A DNA stretch of 124,000 bases from Hyalangium minutum (GCF_000737315.1 NZ_JMCB01000006.1:144001-268000), one strand, 5' to 3'. Shown: positions 82,789 through 95,324, counted from the first letter of the stretch. Numbers and translations: made by a program. Notes: generated by a model not told the origin, from the letters alone.

Positions 82789-84477
82789 ATGCTGAAGCCA
82801 CGTCGCAAGCGCTGGCCCTGGTTGCTCGCTGGGCTGGTCGTCCTGGGAGTTACCTACATGCTGCGCCCTGCTCCCCCCAAGGGACGCCCTGCGGATCCTC
82901 CGTATCTCACCTTCTTCCTGGTGGATGGCCTGTCCCAGGAGGTGTTCCAGCGGGAGTTGGAAGCCGGGCGCCTGCCAAACTTCTCCCGGCTCATCTCCGA
83001 GGGCCTCTATGTGGAGGACGGCATCGCTGCCTTCCCGAGCATGACGGGCTACGGCTTCTACCCCTTCATCACCGGGCAGGATGCGGTGCGCAGCGGCGTG
83101 CTGGGCCTGCGCTGGTTCCGGCGCGAGGCCCCCGAGGGCAACTTCCGCGCCTACGTGGGCCGCACCAACGTGATGATGAACGAGGACTTCGCCGCCGAGC
83201 CTCGCACGCTCTTCGAGTGCTTCCCGGGGCAGCACAGCTTCTCGGTGAACAGCTACGCCAACCGCGGCGTGGTGCGGAACGAGAAGCTCGGCTGGGGCTT
83301 CAGCATGGCCAAGTACCAGGAGAAGTACCCGCTCATCCGGTTCCTGGGGGGCACGCCGTGGCTGGGGCCTCGCTTCATCCCGGACTGGTACGGCGCCGAG
83401 ACGCAGGTGCTGGAGCTGGCGCTGGAGGACCTGGCCGACAAGCCCAAGGTGCAGTGGGTCACCTTCGCCAGCCCGGACGGCCGCAACCACATCGTCGGCA
83501 CGGACGACACGTACGTGAAGCTGGTGCGCCATATCGACTCGCTCATCGGCCGTTACCGCGAGGAGAGCCAGCGCCTAGGCCAGGAGGAGCACCGCCTGTA
83601 CGCCGTCATCTCGGACCACGGCGTCACCGACGTGCACAAGAACGTGGATCTGCGGGTGGCGCTGGGCACGGCGGGGCTGCGCGCCTGGCGCGGCGAGGCC
83701 ACCCACCTGCGCCAGAGCCGCCTGAATGATCCGATCTCCACCTGGGCGGACACGGACGTCGTCCTCGCGGTGAACGGCAACACGATGAACTACGTGTACC
83801 TGCGCAACCCGGCCGCCCAGGGCGAGCAGGCGTGGCGCACGCAGCCCGCGCCGGGCACGGCCTTCCAGCTGCCTCCGCACCAGGGCGGCGCGCCCGTGGA
83901 CGTGGTGAAGGTGCTGCGCGAGGCAGAGGGCGTGGAGCTGGTGGTGACCCGCGCCGACGCCGCCGGACAGGTGCGCGTCTTCTCGCGCACGGGCGAGGGC
84001 CGCATCACCCCGAGTGAGGGTGGGCTCTCCTACTCCTGCGAGGGCGAGGATCCCCTGGGCTACGCGCAAGGCGAGGCCAGCCGGGTGCTGTGCGACGGCC
84101 GTCCGCGCTCGGATCGCGACTGGCTGAAGGCCACCCACGCCCTGGGCTTTCCGGACGCGGTGGTGCGGCTACACCGGCTGATGTCGGCGCCGGACGTGGC
84201 GGACCTCGTGGTGACGGCGGCGCTCGGTTACGACTTGGCGGCCGACTACGAGCTGGTGGTGGGCAACTACCGGGGCGGCCACGGAGGCCTGCGCGCGGAT
84301 CAGCTCCGCGTGCCGTACATCCTCTCTGGCCCTGGAGTGCCGATGGGCCAGCGACTGGCCACGGCCCGGGCCGAGGACATCGGGGCAACAGTGCTGCGCC
84401 TGGCCGGCTGCCCGCCCGCCGAGCAGCGGGCCGGCGAGGATTTGATCCCGGCCGTGGCCACGCCCGCTCCCCCCTGA
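82789..84477 (+). CDS. Alkaline phosphatase superfamily (NPP-type) protein with membrane anchor
   Basis: FLVDGL, FPSMT nucleophile, PDGRNH, ISDHG, GGHGG. Confidence 0.85.
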   Translation: MLKPRRKRWPWLLAGLVVLGVTYMLRPAPPKGRPADPPYLTFFLVDGLSQEVFQRELEAGRLPNFSRLISEGLYVEDGIAAFPSMTGYGFYPFITGQDAVRSGVLGLRWFRREAPEGNFRAYVGRTNVMMNEDFAAEPRTLFECFPGQHSFSVNSYANRGVVRNEKLGWGFSMAKYQEKYPLIRFLGGTPWLGPRFIPDWYGAETQVLELALEDLADKPKVQWVTFASPDGRNHIVGTDDTYVKLVRHIDSLIGRYREESQRLGQEEHRLYAVISDHGVTDVHKNVDLRVALGTAGLRAWRGEATHLRQSRLNDPISTWADTDVVLAVNGNTMNYVYLRNPAAQGEQAWRTQPAPGTAFQLPPHQGGAPVDVVKVLREAEGVELVVTRADAAGQVRVFSRTGEGRITPSEGGLSYSCEGEDPLGYAQGEASRVLCDGRPRSDRDWLKATHALGFPDAVVRLHRLMSAPDVADLVVTAALGYDLAADYELVVGNYRGGHGGLRADQLRVPYILSGPGVPMGQRLATARAEDIGATVLRLAGCPPAEQRAGEDLIPAVATPAPP

Positions 84478-84633
84478 GCAGGCGGACAGGCATTTCACCC
84501 TGTCCTCCAGGGCAGGGCATGGCCACCTTGCGGCCCGAAGGGACCCACGTTTCGTGGGCCCTCTGGAGGGGGATTCGCCCTCTTCCGTGGCGCCAGGAGG
84601 GCCTGGACACGGGGGATCAGGCGAGGCCGCGAT

Positions 84634-87153
84634 ATGGCTTCGGATCCGACAACGCCCGCCGGCTGGCGGGGACGTCTTGAGCAGCGCCTCGGCGGGCTGG
84701 CGGACTACAACTACCGCCACCCCTGGCTAGCGCTCGCCATTGCCCTGGCGCTGAGCGTGCTGGGGGTCTTCTTCGCGCGGGGACTGTCGCTTGATGCGAA
84801 CCTGGTGAGCCTGCTTCCCCAGTCCTTCCAGAGCGTGAAGGATCTGCAGGAGCTGGAGGAGCGCTTCGGCGGGCTCGGGTGGGTGGCCGTGGTAGGCGAG
84901 GGGGCGGACCCCGAAGCCCTGCGCCGCTTCGCGGACGATCTGGCGCCCCAGCTGGAGGCCTTGCCTGACATCCGCTTCGTGGAGTCGAAGCGCCCCGGGC
85001 CCTTCCTCCAGGAGCACGCGCTCTACTTCCTCTCCTTGGAGGATCTGCTGCAGGTGGAGCAGCGCATCGACGCGCGCCTCACGTACGAGAAGCAGCGCGC
85101 CAACCCGCTCTATGTCCCGCTGGTGGACGAGCCCGTGCCCTCGCTGGACTTCTCGGACCTGGAGGCGAAGTACGGCGCGGGCAGCGTGCGCAGGCTCTCG
85201 GGCCCCACGGGGGGAGAATACTATCTGGATCCGGTGGCGCGCCGTGTGGTGCTGCTGGCCAAGCCCGAGGGCATCTCCGCGGACCTGGACTTCTCCAAGC
85301 GCGTCGTCGGCGAGGTGGAGAAGCTGCTGGCCGCGCAGGACCTGTCCAAGTACGGGCCGGACTTCCACACGGCCATCACTGGTACCTTCCAGAAGAAGCT
85401 GGATCAACAGAAGCAGATCGGCCGGGACATCGCGGTGTCCTCGGCGGTGGCGGGCGTGCTGCTGCTGATCTACCTGCTGCTGCACTTCCGCAGCGCGCTC
85501 GCGGTGGCGGTGGTGCTGGCGCCGGTAGGCATGGGCCTGGCGTGGACGTACGGGCTGGTGGGCGTGGCGTACGGGCGGGTGAACCTGCTCACGGGCTTCC
85601 TGGGCGCCATCCTCGGAGGTCTCGGCATCGAGCACGGCATCCACCTGCTGGGGCGCTACCTCTATCTGCGCGGCCAGAAGTGGCAGGCGGAGGCGGCCAC
85701 GCGCGAGGCCTTCACGCACACGGGCAGCGCGGCGCTCACCTCGGCGCTCGTGGCGGCGCTCACCTTCTTCCTGCTGGGCACCTCGCACTTCCGCGCGTTC
85801 CGTGAGTTCGGCGTCATCGCCGGCTTCGGCATGCTGCTCATGGTGCTGGCCTACGTGCTGGTGCTGCCCGCGGTGCTGGGGCTGGCAGCGAAGCTGGGCT
85901 GGAAGCCCGGCCCGGGCGCCACGAAACACCAGCGCTCTCCGCTGGGCCGCCTGCTGGTGCGGCTGCACCGCCCCCTCACCGTGGTGTCGATGGTGGTCAT
86001 CGCCCTGCTGGTGGCGAACGTGGGCCGCGTGCGCTTCAACTACAACTTCGGCTCGCTGGCGGATCAGCACCTGCCCTCCTTCGTGCTGGACCGGCAGGTG
86101 ACGCAGCTGATTGGCTACTCGCAGTCTCCTCTGGTGATGCTGCCCCACAGCCCGGCGGAGGAGAGTGCCGTGGTGGAGGAACTGCACGCGAACCAGGCCC
86201 GTCTGGGCGAGCACTCCACGGTGGACTTCATCGCCTCGCTGGACACGCTGGTGCCGCGGGACCAGGTGAAGAAGCAGGAAGTGCTCCGCCGCCTCCAGAC
86301 CCTGCTGGAAGATGTGCCCGAGGGGCAGCTCGACGCCCAGCAACGCGAGCAGCTCGCGGAGCTGCGCCAGGCGACGCGGGCCGAGCCCTTCACCCTCGAG
86401 CAACTGCCTGCCTCCATGCGCCGGCCCTTCACGGACCTGAGCGGCCAGAGCCACTTCGTGCTGGTGTACCCGCGGGTGAGCCTGGATGACGGGCAGGGCA
86501 TCCGCGCCCTGGCCCGCGAGCTGCGCCAGGTGAAGACGCCCAGCGGCGGGCCCGTCGCCGTGGCGGGCGAGCCCATGGTGCTCGCGGACATCCTCAACAT
86601 GGTCACGCGCGAGTCGCCGTTCATTCTCATCGGCTCGCTGGTGGCGGTGCTGCTGGCCATGTGGGTGACTTTGGGGAGCCTGCGCCTGGCGCTGCTGTGC
86701 CTGACGCCCACCGTGGTGTCGCTGTTCGCGCTGGTGGGGCTGATGCCGCTGCTCAACGTGCAGTTCAACTACCTCAACATCCTCGTTATCCCCGTGCTCA
86801 TCGGGACGACCGTGGATGCGGGCGTCCACCTGCTCACGCAGCTCGTGTCACCGGAGAGCGACTTCGTCTCCGTCTACTCAGAGACGGGCCGCGCCATCAC
86901 GGGCGGTCTGCTGACGAGCGCCTTGGGCTTCGGCGCGCTCTTCCTCGCCGATCACCCGGGCCTCAACTCCATTGGCACGCTGGCCAACCTGGGCTTCGGC
87001 GTGAATCTGCTGGTGATGCTGGTGGCCTTCCCCGCGCTCCTGCTGCTGCTGTCCGAGCGGCGGCGGCGCAAGCGGCTCCAGCAGCAGGCCCATGCCCGGG
87101 ACGAGGCGCTCCCTCCCCCGGCCCGGCCGAGCGACGCTCCCTCGGCGAGCTGA
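84634..87153 (+). CDS. MMPL/RND-family lipid transporter (paralog 2)
   Basis: Paralog of 80144-82615 (GGLGIEHGIHL, GTTVDAGVHL, HPGLNSIG). Confidence 0.88.
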   Translation: MASDPTTPAGWRGRLEQRLGGLADYNYRHPWLALAIALALSVLGVFFARGLSLDANLVSLLPQSFQSVKDLQELEERFGGLGWVAVVGEGADPEALRRFADDLAPQLEALPDIRFVESKRPGPFLQEHALYFLSLEDLLQVEQRIDARLTYEKQRANPLYVPLVDEPVPSLDFSDLEAKYGAGSVRRLSGPTGGEYYLDPVARRVVLLAKPEGISADLDFSKRVVGEVEKLLAAQDLSKYGPDFHTAITGTFQKKLDQQKQIGRDIAVSSAVAGVLLLIYLLLHFRSALAVAVVLAPVGMGLAWTYGLVGVAYGRVNLLTGFLGAILGGLGIEHGIHLLGRYLYLRGQKWQAEAATREAFTHTGSAALTSALVAALTFFLLGTSHFRAFREFGVIAGFGMLLMVLAYVLVLPAVLGLAAKLGWKPGPGATKHQRSPLGRLLVRLHRPLTVVSMVVIALLVANVGRVRFNYNFGSLADQHLPSFVLDRQVTQLIGYSQSPLVMLPHSPAEESAVVEELHANQARLGEHSTVDFIASLDTLVPRDQVKKQEVLRRLQTLLEDVPEGQLDAQQREQLAELRQATRAEPFTLEQLPASMRRPFTDLSGQSHFVLVYPRVSLDDGQGIRALARELRQVKTPSGGPVAVAGEPMVLADILNMVTRESPFILIGSLVAVLLAMWVTLGSLRLALLCLTPTVVSLFALVGLMPLLNVQFNYLNILVIPVLIGTTVDAGVHLLTQLVSPESDFVSVYSETGRAITGGLLTSALGFGALFLADHPGLNSIGTLANLGFGVNLLVMLVAFPALLLLLSERRRRKRLQQQAHARDEALPPPARPSDAPSAS

Positions 87154-87382
87154 TCCACACGCTTCAGATGGAAACGGGCCTCAGGGCGCGCTCCGGCGCA
87201 CCCCTGGGGCCCGCTTGCGTTTCACAGAGGTTTCGTCGAGCCCCGGCACGAATTGACAGGCCCATGGAGCCGCCGCCCGGAGAGCGTGCAGCCACTCGGG
87301 CGGTCCCTGCACGTGTGGGTCTTACTGCTCAGGTTCCCGGCCAGAAGCGACACGGACACGAACAGACAAAGGGAGAGACACC

Positions 87383-87865
87383 ATGAAGACCACGATGAAG
87401 TTCCTGGCCGCCGGTCTGCTCGCGAGCGCGCTGACCTTCGTTGGCTGCAAATCGAACTCTTCCGCCGAGCGCGCGAGTGAGCCCGCCACGGCACCCGCCA
87501 CGGACACGGGTACTGACACGGGTACGGGTACCAGCACGACTCCCCCTCCGGGCACGGGCGGCTCGGGCGACATCAGCAAGACGAAGCAGTCGGATGACAA
87601 CCTCCGCATGCCGGAGGAGGATCCGCTGCGCACCCCAGAGAGCGAGAGCATCCGCGACGCCGAGTCCGAGCCGGGCGTCCATGAAGGCAGCAAGGTGGAT
87701 CCAGGCATCGGCGGCTCCGGCTTCCCCGACGACTCGGCCATCGACGAGAACCTGAACCCGGGCGGCAACGTGGACGACACGCTGCGCACGCCGGGCTCGC
87801 CCGCGGACATCGTCCCCGATAACAACCTCAACAACGACAGCACGCTGCCCGAGAACACGCGCTAA
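87383..87865 (+). CDS. Low-complexity lipoprotein
   Basis: RBS GGGAGAG; lipobox FVGC; Thr/Gly/Asp-rich body. Confidence 0.75.
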   Translation: MKTTMKFLAAGLLASALTFVGCKSNSSAERASEPATAPATDTGTDTGTGTSTTPPPGTGGSGDISKTKQSDDNLRMPEEDPLRTPESESIRDAESEPGVHEGSKVDPGIGGSGFPDDSAIDENLNPGGNVDDTLRTPGSPADIVPDNNLNNDSTLPENTR

Positions 87866-88062
87866 CCCGCGCCTCTCCGCGAGCAGCAGCCCCGGCAGCG
87901 CCCACGCACCCGCGTGGGCGTTGCCGTTTGGAGCGCGGGAGAACAGGTCACCTTCTCCCTCCCATCACCGCGAGGAGCATCACGCGCCGCATCAACGCCA
88001 CGCGTCACGGCCCAGGAGGCTCGACATGGCGGCGCAGGGTTGGTGAACCTGGAAGAACCCCC

Positions 88063-89778
88063 ATGAAACAGTACGAGAAGAAGTACGACGCCGACGGCCA
88101 CCCCTACCTCGAAACCTCGCTGCCGGGCCTTTTGCTCACGCGCCTGCCGCTGCTCAACAAGGGCACCTCCTTCACCTGGGAGGAGCGCAAGCAGTTCGGG
88201 CTGATGGGCGTGCTGCCCACCCACGTCTCCACGCTGGAGGAGCAGGTCGAGCGCTCCTACGCGAACTTCAAGAGCTTCCGCACGGACCTGGAGAAGCACG
88301 TCTTCCTGCGCGCGCTGCAGGACCGCAGCGAGGTGCTCTTCTACGCGCTCATCGATCGGCACATCGAGGAGATGATGCCCATCATCTACACCCCCACGGT
88401 GGCGCAGGCGGTGGAGCAGTTCAGCCGCATCTACCGCTACCCCCGCGGGCTGGTGGTGAACCCGGAGAACATCGGGCAGATCGACTCGCTCCTGGAGAAC
88501 ACGCCCTTCCCAGACGTGCAGCTCATCGTCGCCACGGACAACGAGGGCATCCTCGGCATTGGTGACCAGGGCTTCGGCGGCCTGGCCATCTGCATCGGCA
88601 AGCTGTCGCTCTACACGGCGGCGGCGGGCATCGACCCGGCGGTGACGCTGCCCGTGGAGCTGGACGTGGGCACGAACCGCAAGGACCTGCTGGAGGATCC
88701 GCTCTACCTGGGCGTGAAGCGGCCGCGCATGGAGGGCCAGGAGTACGACGACTTCATCCACCGCTTCGTCACCGCGCTCCAGCGCCGGTTCCCCAACGTG
88801 CTGCTGCAGTGGGAGGACTTCAGCAAGCAGAAGGCGTTCGACGTGCTGAGCCGGTACCAGGATGTGGTGCCCTCACTGAATGACGACATCCAGGGCACGG
88901 GCGCGGTGGTGCTGGCGGGACTGCTGGCGGCGGCGCGCACCAGCCAGCAGGACCTGAAGCAGCAGATGTTCCTCATCCACGGGGCGGGCGCGGGCGGCGT
89001 GGGCGTGGCGCGGCAGATCGCCCGGGGCCTGCAGCTGCAGGGGCTGACCCTGGATCAGGCGCGGCAGCGCATCTTCCTGATCGACTCCAAGGGCCTCATC
89101 CTGAAGGACCGCAAGGGGCTGGAGCCGTACAAGCTCGAGTTCGCCCACGAGCCAGCGCGGGTGGCGGGCTGGAAGCTGCAGAACGGCATCCCGAGCCTCC
89201 TGGAGACGGTGAAGGAGGCGAAGGTGACGGTGCTGCTGGGCCTGTCCGGGCAGCGCGGGGCGTTCGGCGAGGAGGTGGTGCGAGCGGTGGCGGCGAACAC
89301 GCCGTACCCGGTGGTGTTCGCGCTCTCCAACCCCACGGCGAACAGCGAGGCGGTGCCGGCGGACATCTACCGGTGGACGGAGGGCAAGGCGCTGGTGGCC
89401 ACGGGCAGCCCGTTCGACGACGTGATGTGGGACGGGGCGGCGCACCCGGTGGGCCAGGGCAACAACGCGTTCATCTTCCCAGGCCTCGGGCTCGGCGTGC
89501 TCGCGAGCCGGGCGCGTCGGGTGACGGATGGGATGCTGACCGCCGCGTCACTGGCGCTCTCCGAGTTCGTGGACAAGGGGCGGCTGGCGCAGGGCGGGCT
89601 CTACCCACGGATGGACAAGATCCACGTGGCGAGCAAGCAGGTGGCGGTAGCGGTCATCCGCCAGGCCCAGAAGGAGGGCGTGGCCGCGGAGCAACTGCCG
89701 GAGGATCTGGAGGCACACCTCGAGGCGCGCATGTGGCGCCCCGAGTTCCTCCCCATCCGCAAGGGCCGTGGCGGCTGA
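88063..89778 (+). CDS. maeA: NAD-dependent malic enzyme
   Basis: PLLNKGTSF, PIIYTPTV, ILGIGDQG, QWEDF, NDDIQGTG, GAGAGG, FALSNPT, QGNNAFIFPG. Confidence 0.93.
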   Translation: MKQYEKKYDADGHPYLETSLPGLLLTRLPLLNKGTSFTWEERKQFGLMGVLPTHVSTLEEQVERSYANFKSFRTDLEKHVFLRALQDRSEVLFYALIDRHIEEMMPIIYTPTVAQAVEQFSRIYRYPRGLVVNPENIGQIDSLLENTPFPDVQLIVATDNEGILGIGDQGFGGLAICIGKLSLYTAAAGIDPAVTLPVELDVGTNRKDLLEDPLYLGVKRPRMEGQEYDDFIHRFVTALQRRFPNVLLQWEDFSKQKAFDVLSRYQDVVPSLNDDIQGTGAVVLAGLLAAARTSQQDLKQQMFLIHGAGAGGVGVARQIARGLQLQGLTLDQARQRIFLIDSKGLILKDRKGLEPYKLEFAHEPARVAGWKLQNGIPSLLETVKEAKVTVLLGLSGQRGAFGEEVVRAVAANTPYPVVFALSNPTANSEAVPADIYRWTEGKALVATGSPFDDVMWDGAAHPVGQGNNAFIFPGLGLGVLASRARRVTDGMLTAASLALSEFVDKGRLAQGGLYPRMDKIHVASKQVAVAVIRQAQKEGVAAEQLPEDLEAHLEARMWRPEFLPIRKGRGG

Positions 89779-89784
89779 GCCTCC

Positions 89785-89994
89785 TCAGCTCACCCCCACG
89801 CCCGGATAGGGAATGGACGAGGGCTGCGGCTCGATGACGCGGCCCTCGTGGTGATGGCCCGGCGTCTTCGCGGGGCCCTCAGAGGGCCGCATCGGTGGAA
89901 CGCTCGGGGCGCGCTCGTCGTCCTCCGTGTTCGCGGTGCGGCCCGGGTGCGGCTTCTCGGGGGTGGGAATGTGCAGCACGTCCTTCTTGCTCAT
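89785..89994 (-). CDS. Small Pro-rich hypothetical protein (69 aa)
   Basis: ATG preceded by GGAGG; GC3-biased codons. Confidence 0.5.
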   Translation of the reverse strand: MSKKDVLHIPTPEKPHPGRTANTEDDERAPSVPPMRPSEGPAKTPGHHHEGRVIEPQPSSIPYPGVGVS

Positions 89995-90181
89995 GGCCAG
90001 CCTCCAGGTGCTCTTTCGTCTCCTCCAAAAGTGGTGAGCCCTCGGTTGGCCAGGTACCCTCTCCAGGAGAGCGCGGACGCCCCGCTTGCATGGCAGGCGG
90101 GAGAGCGCTCCATCCCTTGAAACGAAGACTCCCGCACGCCAGCGCCCAAAGGCACTGGCGCGCGGGAGAGGCGAGGGGCGC

Positions 90182-90991
90182 CTAGTACTTCTTCGTGTTG
90201 CCCGGATCCATCTTGTTCTGGGTGCCGATGTCCTGGGAACCCTTGTGGGTGTCACCCGCGCCGCCGGTCCCCGAGTCCATGGGCTTCATGCTGCCCGAGC
90301 CGCCCACGCCCGTGCCCGCGCCCGGACCGATCCGGCCGAGCAGCGTATAGGCCTGCTGCCGGTGCTGGGTGACAGGGGTGATCAGGTCCTGGAGCAGCGG
90401 GGTCAGCGAGGCGTCCGTCGTGCCCTGCTTGGCCGCCATCAGCTGGCCGAGCGCCTCGTCGTGGCCCCCCACCATGATCGCCAGGAAACACGAGTCGAAC
90501 GGGGTGCCCTTGAGCGCCTGGAGCTTCTCCATGTTGGCCTTGTGAGCCGCCATGGACTTGCGCTCCACGTCGTTCATCGGCTGGGGCTCGGCCAGCTTGA
90601 GGCCCTTCTGCTGCGCGTAGCTCATCACCTTCTGGTCCGCCGCGGTGTGGTCCTTCACCAGCGTCTCACCGTAGGACTTCACGTCCGGGCTCTGGGCGTT
90701 CTGCTGCGCCAGCTGGCCCAGCTTGATCTCCGCCTGGTTCACGTGGTGCAGCCGCTCGAGCATCGCCTTCTCGTCGGCTGGGATCATGAATCCCGTGTGC
90801 TCCAGCATGCCGTCTTTGGCCATGCTCTTGCCCTTCATCGCTTGGCCCTGGGGAATTCCCTGGCTGCCCCGGTTGACTCCCTGGCTGCCCGGGTTCACGC
90901 CCGGGGTGGCCTGGGTGGTGCTCTGAGCGAGCGCGGTACCACCCAGCACCAATGAACCAGCGAGGAGGAGTCCCTGAATCGTGCGCTTCAT
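90182..90991 (-). CDS. DUF4142 (predicted outer membrane/ferritin-like) protein
   Basis: Signal peptide; NQAEIKLGQLA..VKSYGETLVKDHT..FDSCFL..HDEA. Confidence 0.8.
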   Translation of the reverse strand: MKRTIQGLLLAGSLVLGGTALAQSTTQATPGVNPGSQGVNRGSQGIPQGQAMKGKSMAKDGMLEHTGFMIPADEKAMLERLHHVNQAEIKLGQLAQQNAQSPDVKSYGETLVKDHTAADQKVMSYAQQKGLKLAEPQPMNDVERKSMAAHKANMEKLQALKGTPFDSCFLAIMVGGHDEALGQLMAAKQGTTDASLTPLLQDLITPVTQHRQQAYTLLGRIGPGAGTGVGGSGSMKPMDSGTGGAGDTHKGSQDIGTQNKMDPGNTKKY

Positions 90992-91217
90992 GTGCTGCTC
91001 TCCCTTCGTCGAGGAGCCGCTTGGGTGGGCCCCTCTACGGGTTCCCAACCTCGCGGCGGATGAAAAGCGGGCGCACCTTGGCCGTCCGGAGCGCCGAGGT
91101 CACCTCCTCGCCTGTCACGGACGTGCACCGCCGCACGTTGTGGCTCCCGGGGGTTCCTCCACTGGACGGTGCCACTGTCCTTCAGGAGGGAGAGCACCCG
91201 GGGTGCCCGGGCCAGCC

Positions 91218-92060
91218 TCAGCGGCGGCGCTTGCCCAACACGTCGATCTGAGTGGCGTACGTATCCCCGGCCACGAGATCGAATGAGGCGCGTACCTCAC
91301 TCCCCTGCCGGATGCGGGTCACCGGAATGCGCCGCTGGCCACTCCTGGCGCGCGAGTCCTCGTTCAGGCGCAGGACGTACGGCTCACCGGTCTCGGAGTC
91401 GATGACCTCGATGGAGCGCTTGGAGACCTTGCTCACGCGGCCCTCCACCATGGAGCTGGCGATGGGCTGTGGCTGCTGCTCCTGCTGAGAGCCCGAGCCC
91501 CCTGTGCCCGTCTCCGCGCTCTGGGCATGGGTGGAGCGGCGGACGCCCTTCACTTCGTCAAGCTCCGCTCGGAGCCGATCCACCTCGGCCCGCAGCTGGG
91601 CGACTTCCACCCGAACATCATTGGAGGCAGAGCCCACCGAAGTGCGCTCGTTCGCACGAGGTGAGCTGGTCGCGATATCGCCACTGCCAGCACCCACTGC
91701 GCTCCCCGCGCTGCCCACGGTGCCAGTACCTGTTCCGGTACCTGTCCCGGTTCCGGCCATGCCCGGCTCAGCAGGCCCATAGAAGGTCTGTCCCACGCCC
91801 GGGGCGGCTCCGGGGGCCTGGCCTCCCGCGACCTGCGACTGGGGCTGGGGCTGGGGCTGGACCGAGAACGAGCCCGCTGCCGGTGGCCCGCCCAGCGCCG
91901 CACCCCCGCTCGCTCCCTGGCCTTGCGGGGTGACTGCACCACCGGCAGCGCTTCCAACGGGCGCACCAGTGCCCGCCCCTCCGCCACTCTGCTGGGCGTG
92001 GCTCGTCTGGGACAGGCAGAACGTGGCCGCGAGTGCAGCCGCCAGGATGACCTTTCTCAT
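91218..92060 (-). CDS. Secreted low-complexity hypothetical protein
   Basis: Signal peptide, Gly/Gln-rich region, short coiled coil, C-terminal OB-like domain. Confidence 0.7.
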   Translation of the reverse strand: MRKVILAAALAATFCLSQTSHAQQSGGGAGTGAPVGSAAGGAVTPQGQGASGGAALGGPPAAGSFSVQPQPQPQSQVAGGQAPGAAPGVGQTFYGPAEPGMAGTGTGTGTGTGTVGSAGSAVGAGSGDIATSSPRANERTSVGSASNDVRVEVAQLRAEVDRLRAELDEVKGVRRSTHAQSAETGTGGSGSQQEQQPQPIASSMVEGRVSKVSKRSIEVIDSETGEPYVLRLNEDSRARSGQRRIPVTRIRQGSEVRASFDLVAGDTYATQIDVLGKRRR

Positions 92061-92316
92061 GGGCTCGGCTCCTCTTTCATTCCCCTGCAGGGAAGTTGGG
92101 TTGCCAACACCCCGTCACCAAGGGGGGCGCGCCCCGCCCTCCGCATGCCTGCCCGCTGGCGAGAGGCTCCTGCGAGCCAGACTGCTGTTCAGTGCCGGTC
92201 ACAACACACGCTCAGTACAGAGCGAACGCTCTTTCATCTCTTCGACAGACCTTGAACCCCCCCCGACATGCCTCCACCTTGGACTGGCACGCAACAAAGA
92301 GAGGGACGGCAGGGCG

Positions 92317-94455
<2,139 letters not shown>

Positions 94456-94459
94456 CCCC

Positions 94460-94605
94460 ACAAAGACCACGGGCCGGCTCCCAGGGGGTAAGAGCCGGCC
94501 CGCTTGGCGCTTCAGGCGACTGCCAGGGTGGGGGCCCCGCCCTGAAGCTAACGAGTGCTCGCTGGCCGCGGATCAAGCGCCTTCGCTCCGGGGGAACAGC
94601 GAGAC
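94460..94605 (-). ncRNA. Candidate unannotated small RNA (three stem-loops), family not identified
   Basis: Stems at 94558-64/94597-603, 94509-16/94541-48 and 94470-80/94492-502; 35% GC promoter-like tract at 94611-94670 between convergent genes. Confidence 0.4.
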
Positions 94606-94709
94606 AAGAGCTTTCTATCAATTCACGAGTATTCTTGTAAACCGCGAATTTAGCAAAAGACGAATTATCCAATTTTGGCGGGCCCTTAGCCCTGCTCCGC
94701 TTCGAGGGC

Positions 94710-95324
94710 TCAGACGTCGAAGAAGTCCACTTCGCCGCTCTCCAGGCTGTACTCGGCGCCCACCACGCGCAGGCCCTGCTCCAGCACCAGGCGCTCCAGC
94801 AGCGCCGAGCCGTGCTTGAGGTGGCTCACCGAGGCGCGGACGTTGGCGCGCACCGCCTCGTGGATCAGCCGCGGCCGGTCCTTGGCCAGCTCCGTGTGCA
94901 CCAGCGCCTCGATGGCGGGCCGCACCCGGCTCACGATGGAGAGCAGGTTGGGCGAGCGCGGCACGTCCGGCTTCTCGATGACTTCGAGCGTCGTATCGAT
95001 GGCGCCACAGAACGTGTGGCCCATCACCACCACGAGCCGGGTGCCGAAGGCCTCGGCGGCGAACTCGACGCTGCCCACCTGCGAGGGCGCGACGATGTTG
95101 CCCGCCACGCGGATGACGAACAGGTCTCCAAGCCCCTGATCAAAGACGATCTCCGCGGGCACCCGCGAGTCCGAGCACCCGAGCACGATGGCGAAGGGCT
95201 TCTGGCCTTGCACCAGCTCGTCCCGCCGGAGCTGGCTCATCATGGCCTCGGTGCTGCGGAGGTGGTTGACGAACCTCCGGTTGCCGTCCTTCAGCCGCTG
95301 CAGCGCCTCCTGGGGATCCACCAT
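94710..95324 (-). CDS. Beta-class carbonic anhydrase
   Basis: LGCSDSRV, DLFVIRVAGN, GHTFCGA Zn ligands. Confidence 0.93.
   Translation of the reverse strand: MVDPQEALQRLKDGNRRFVNHLRSTEAMMSQLRRDELVQGQKPFAIVLGCSDSRVPAEIVFDQGLGDLFVIRVAGNIVAPSQVGSVEFAAEAFGTRLVVVMGHTFCGAIDTTLEVIEKPDVPRSPNLLSIVSRVRPAIEALVHTELAKDRPRLIHEAVRANVRASVSHLKHGSALLERLVLEQGLRVVGAEYSLESGEVDFFDV

Noticed and set aside
92285-92300. TGGCACG upstream of glgX as a sigma-54 promoter
   Set aside because: No GC at the -12 position (GG-N10 is followed by AG)
94460-94605. Assignment of the structured region to tRNA, SRP, 6S or a known riboswitch
   Set aside because: No T-loop/CCA, no SRP GGAAG-AGCAG loop, no end-to-end 6S pairing and no riboswitch consensus recognised; both flanking genes end here, so a cis riboswitch makes no sense
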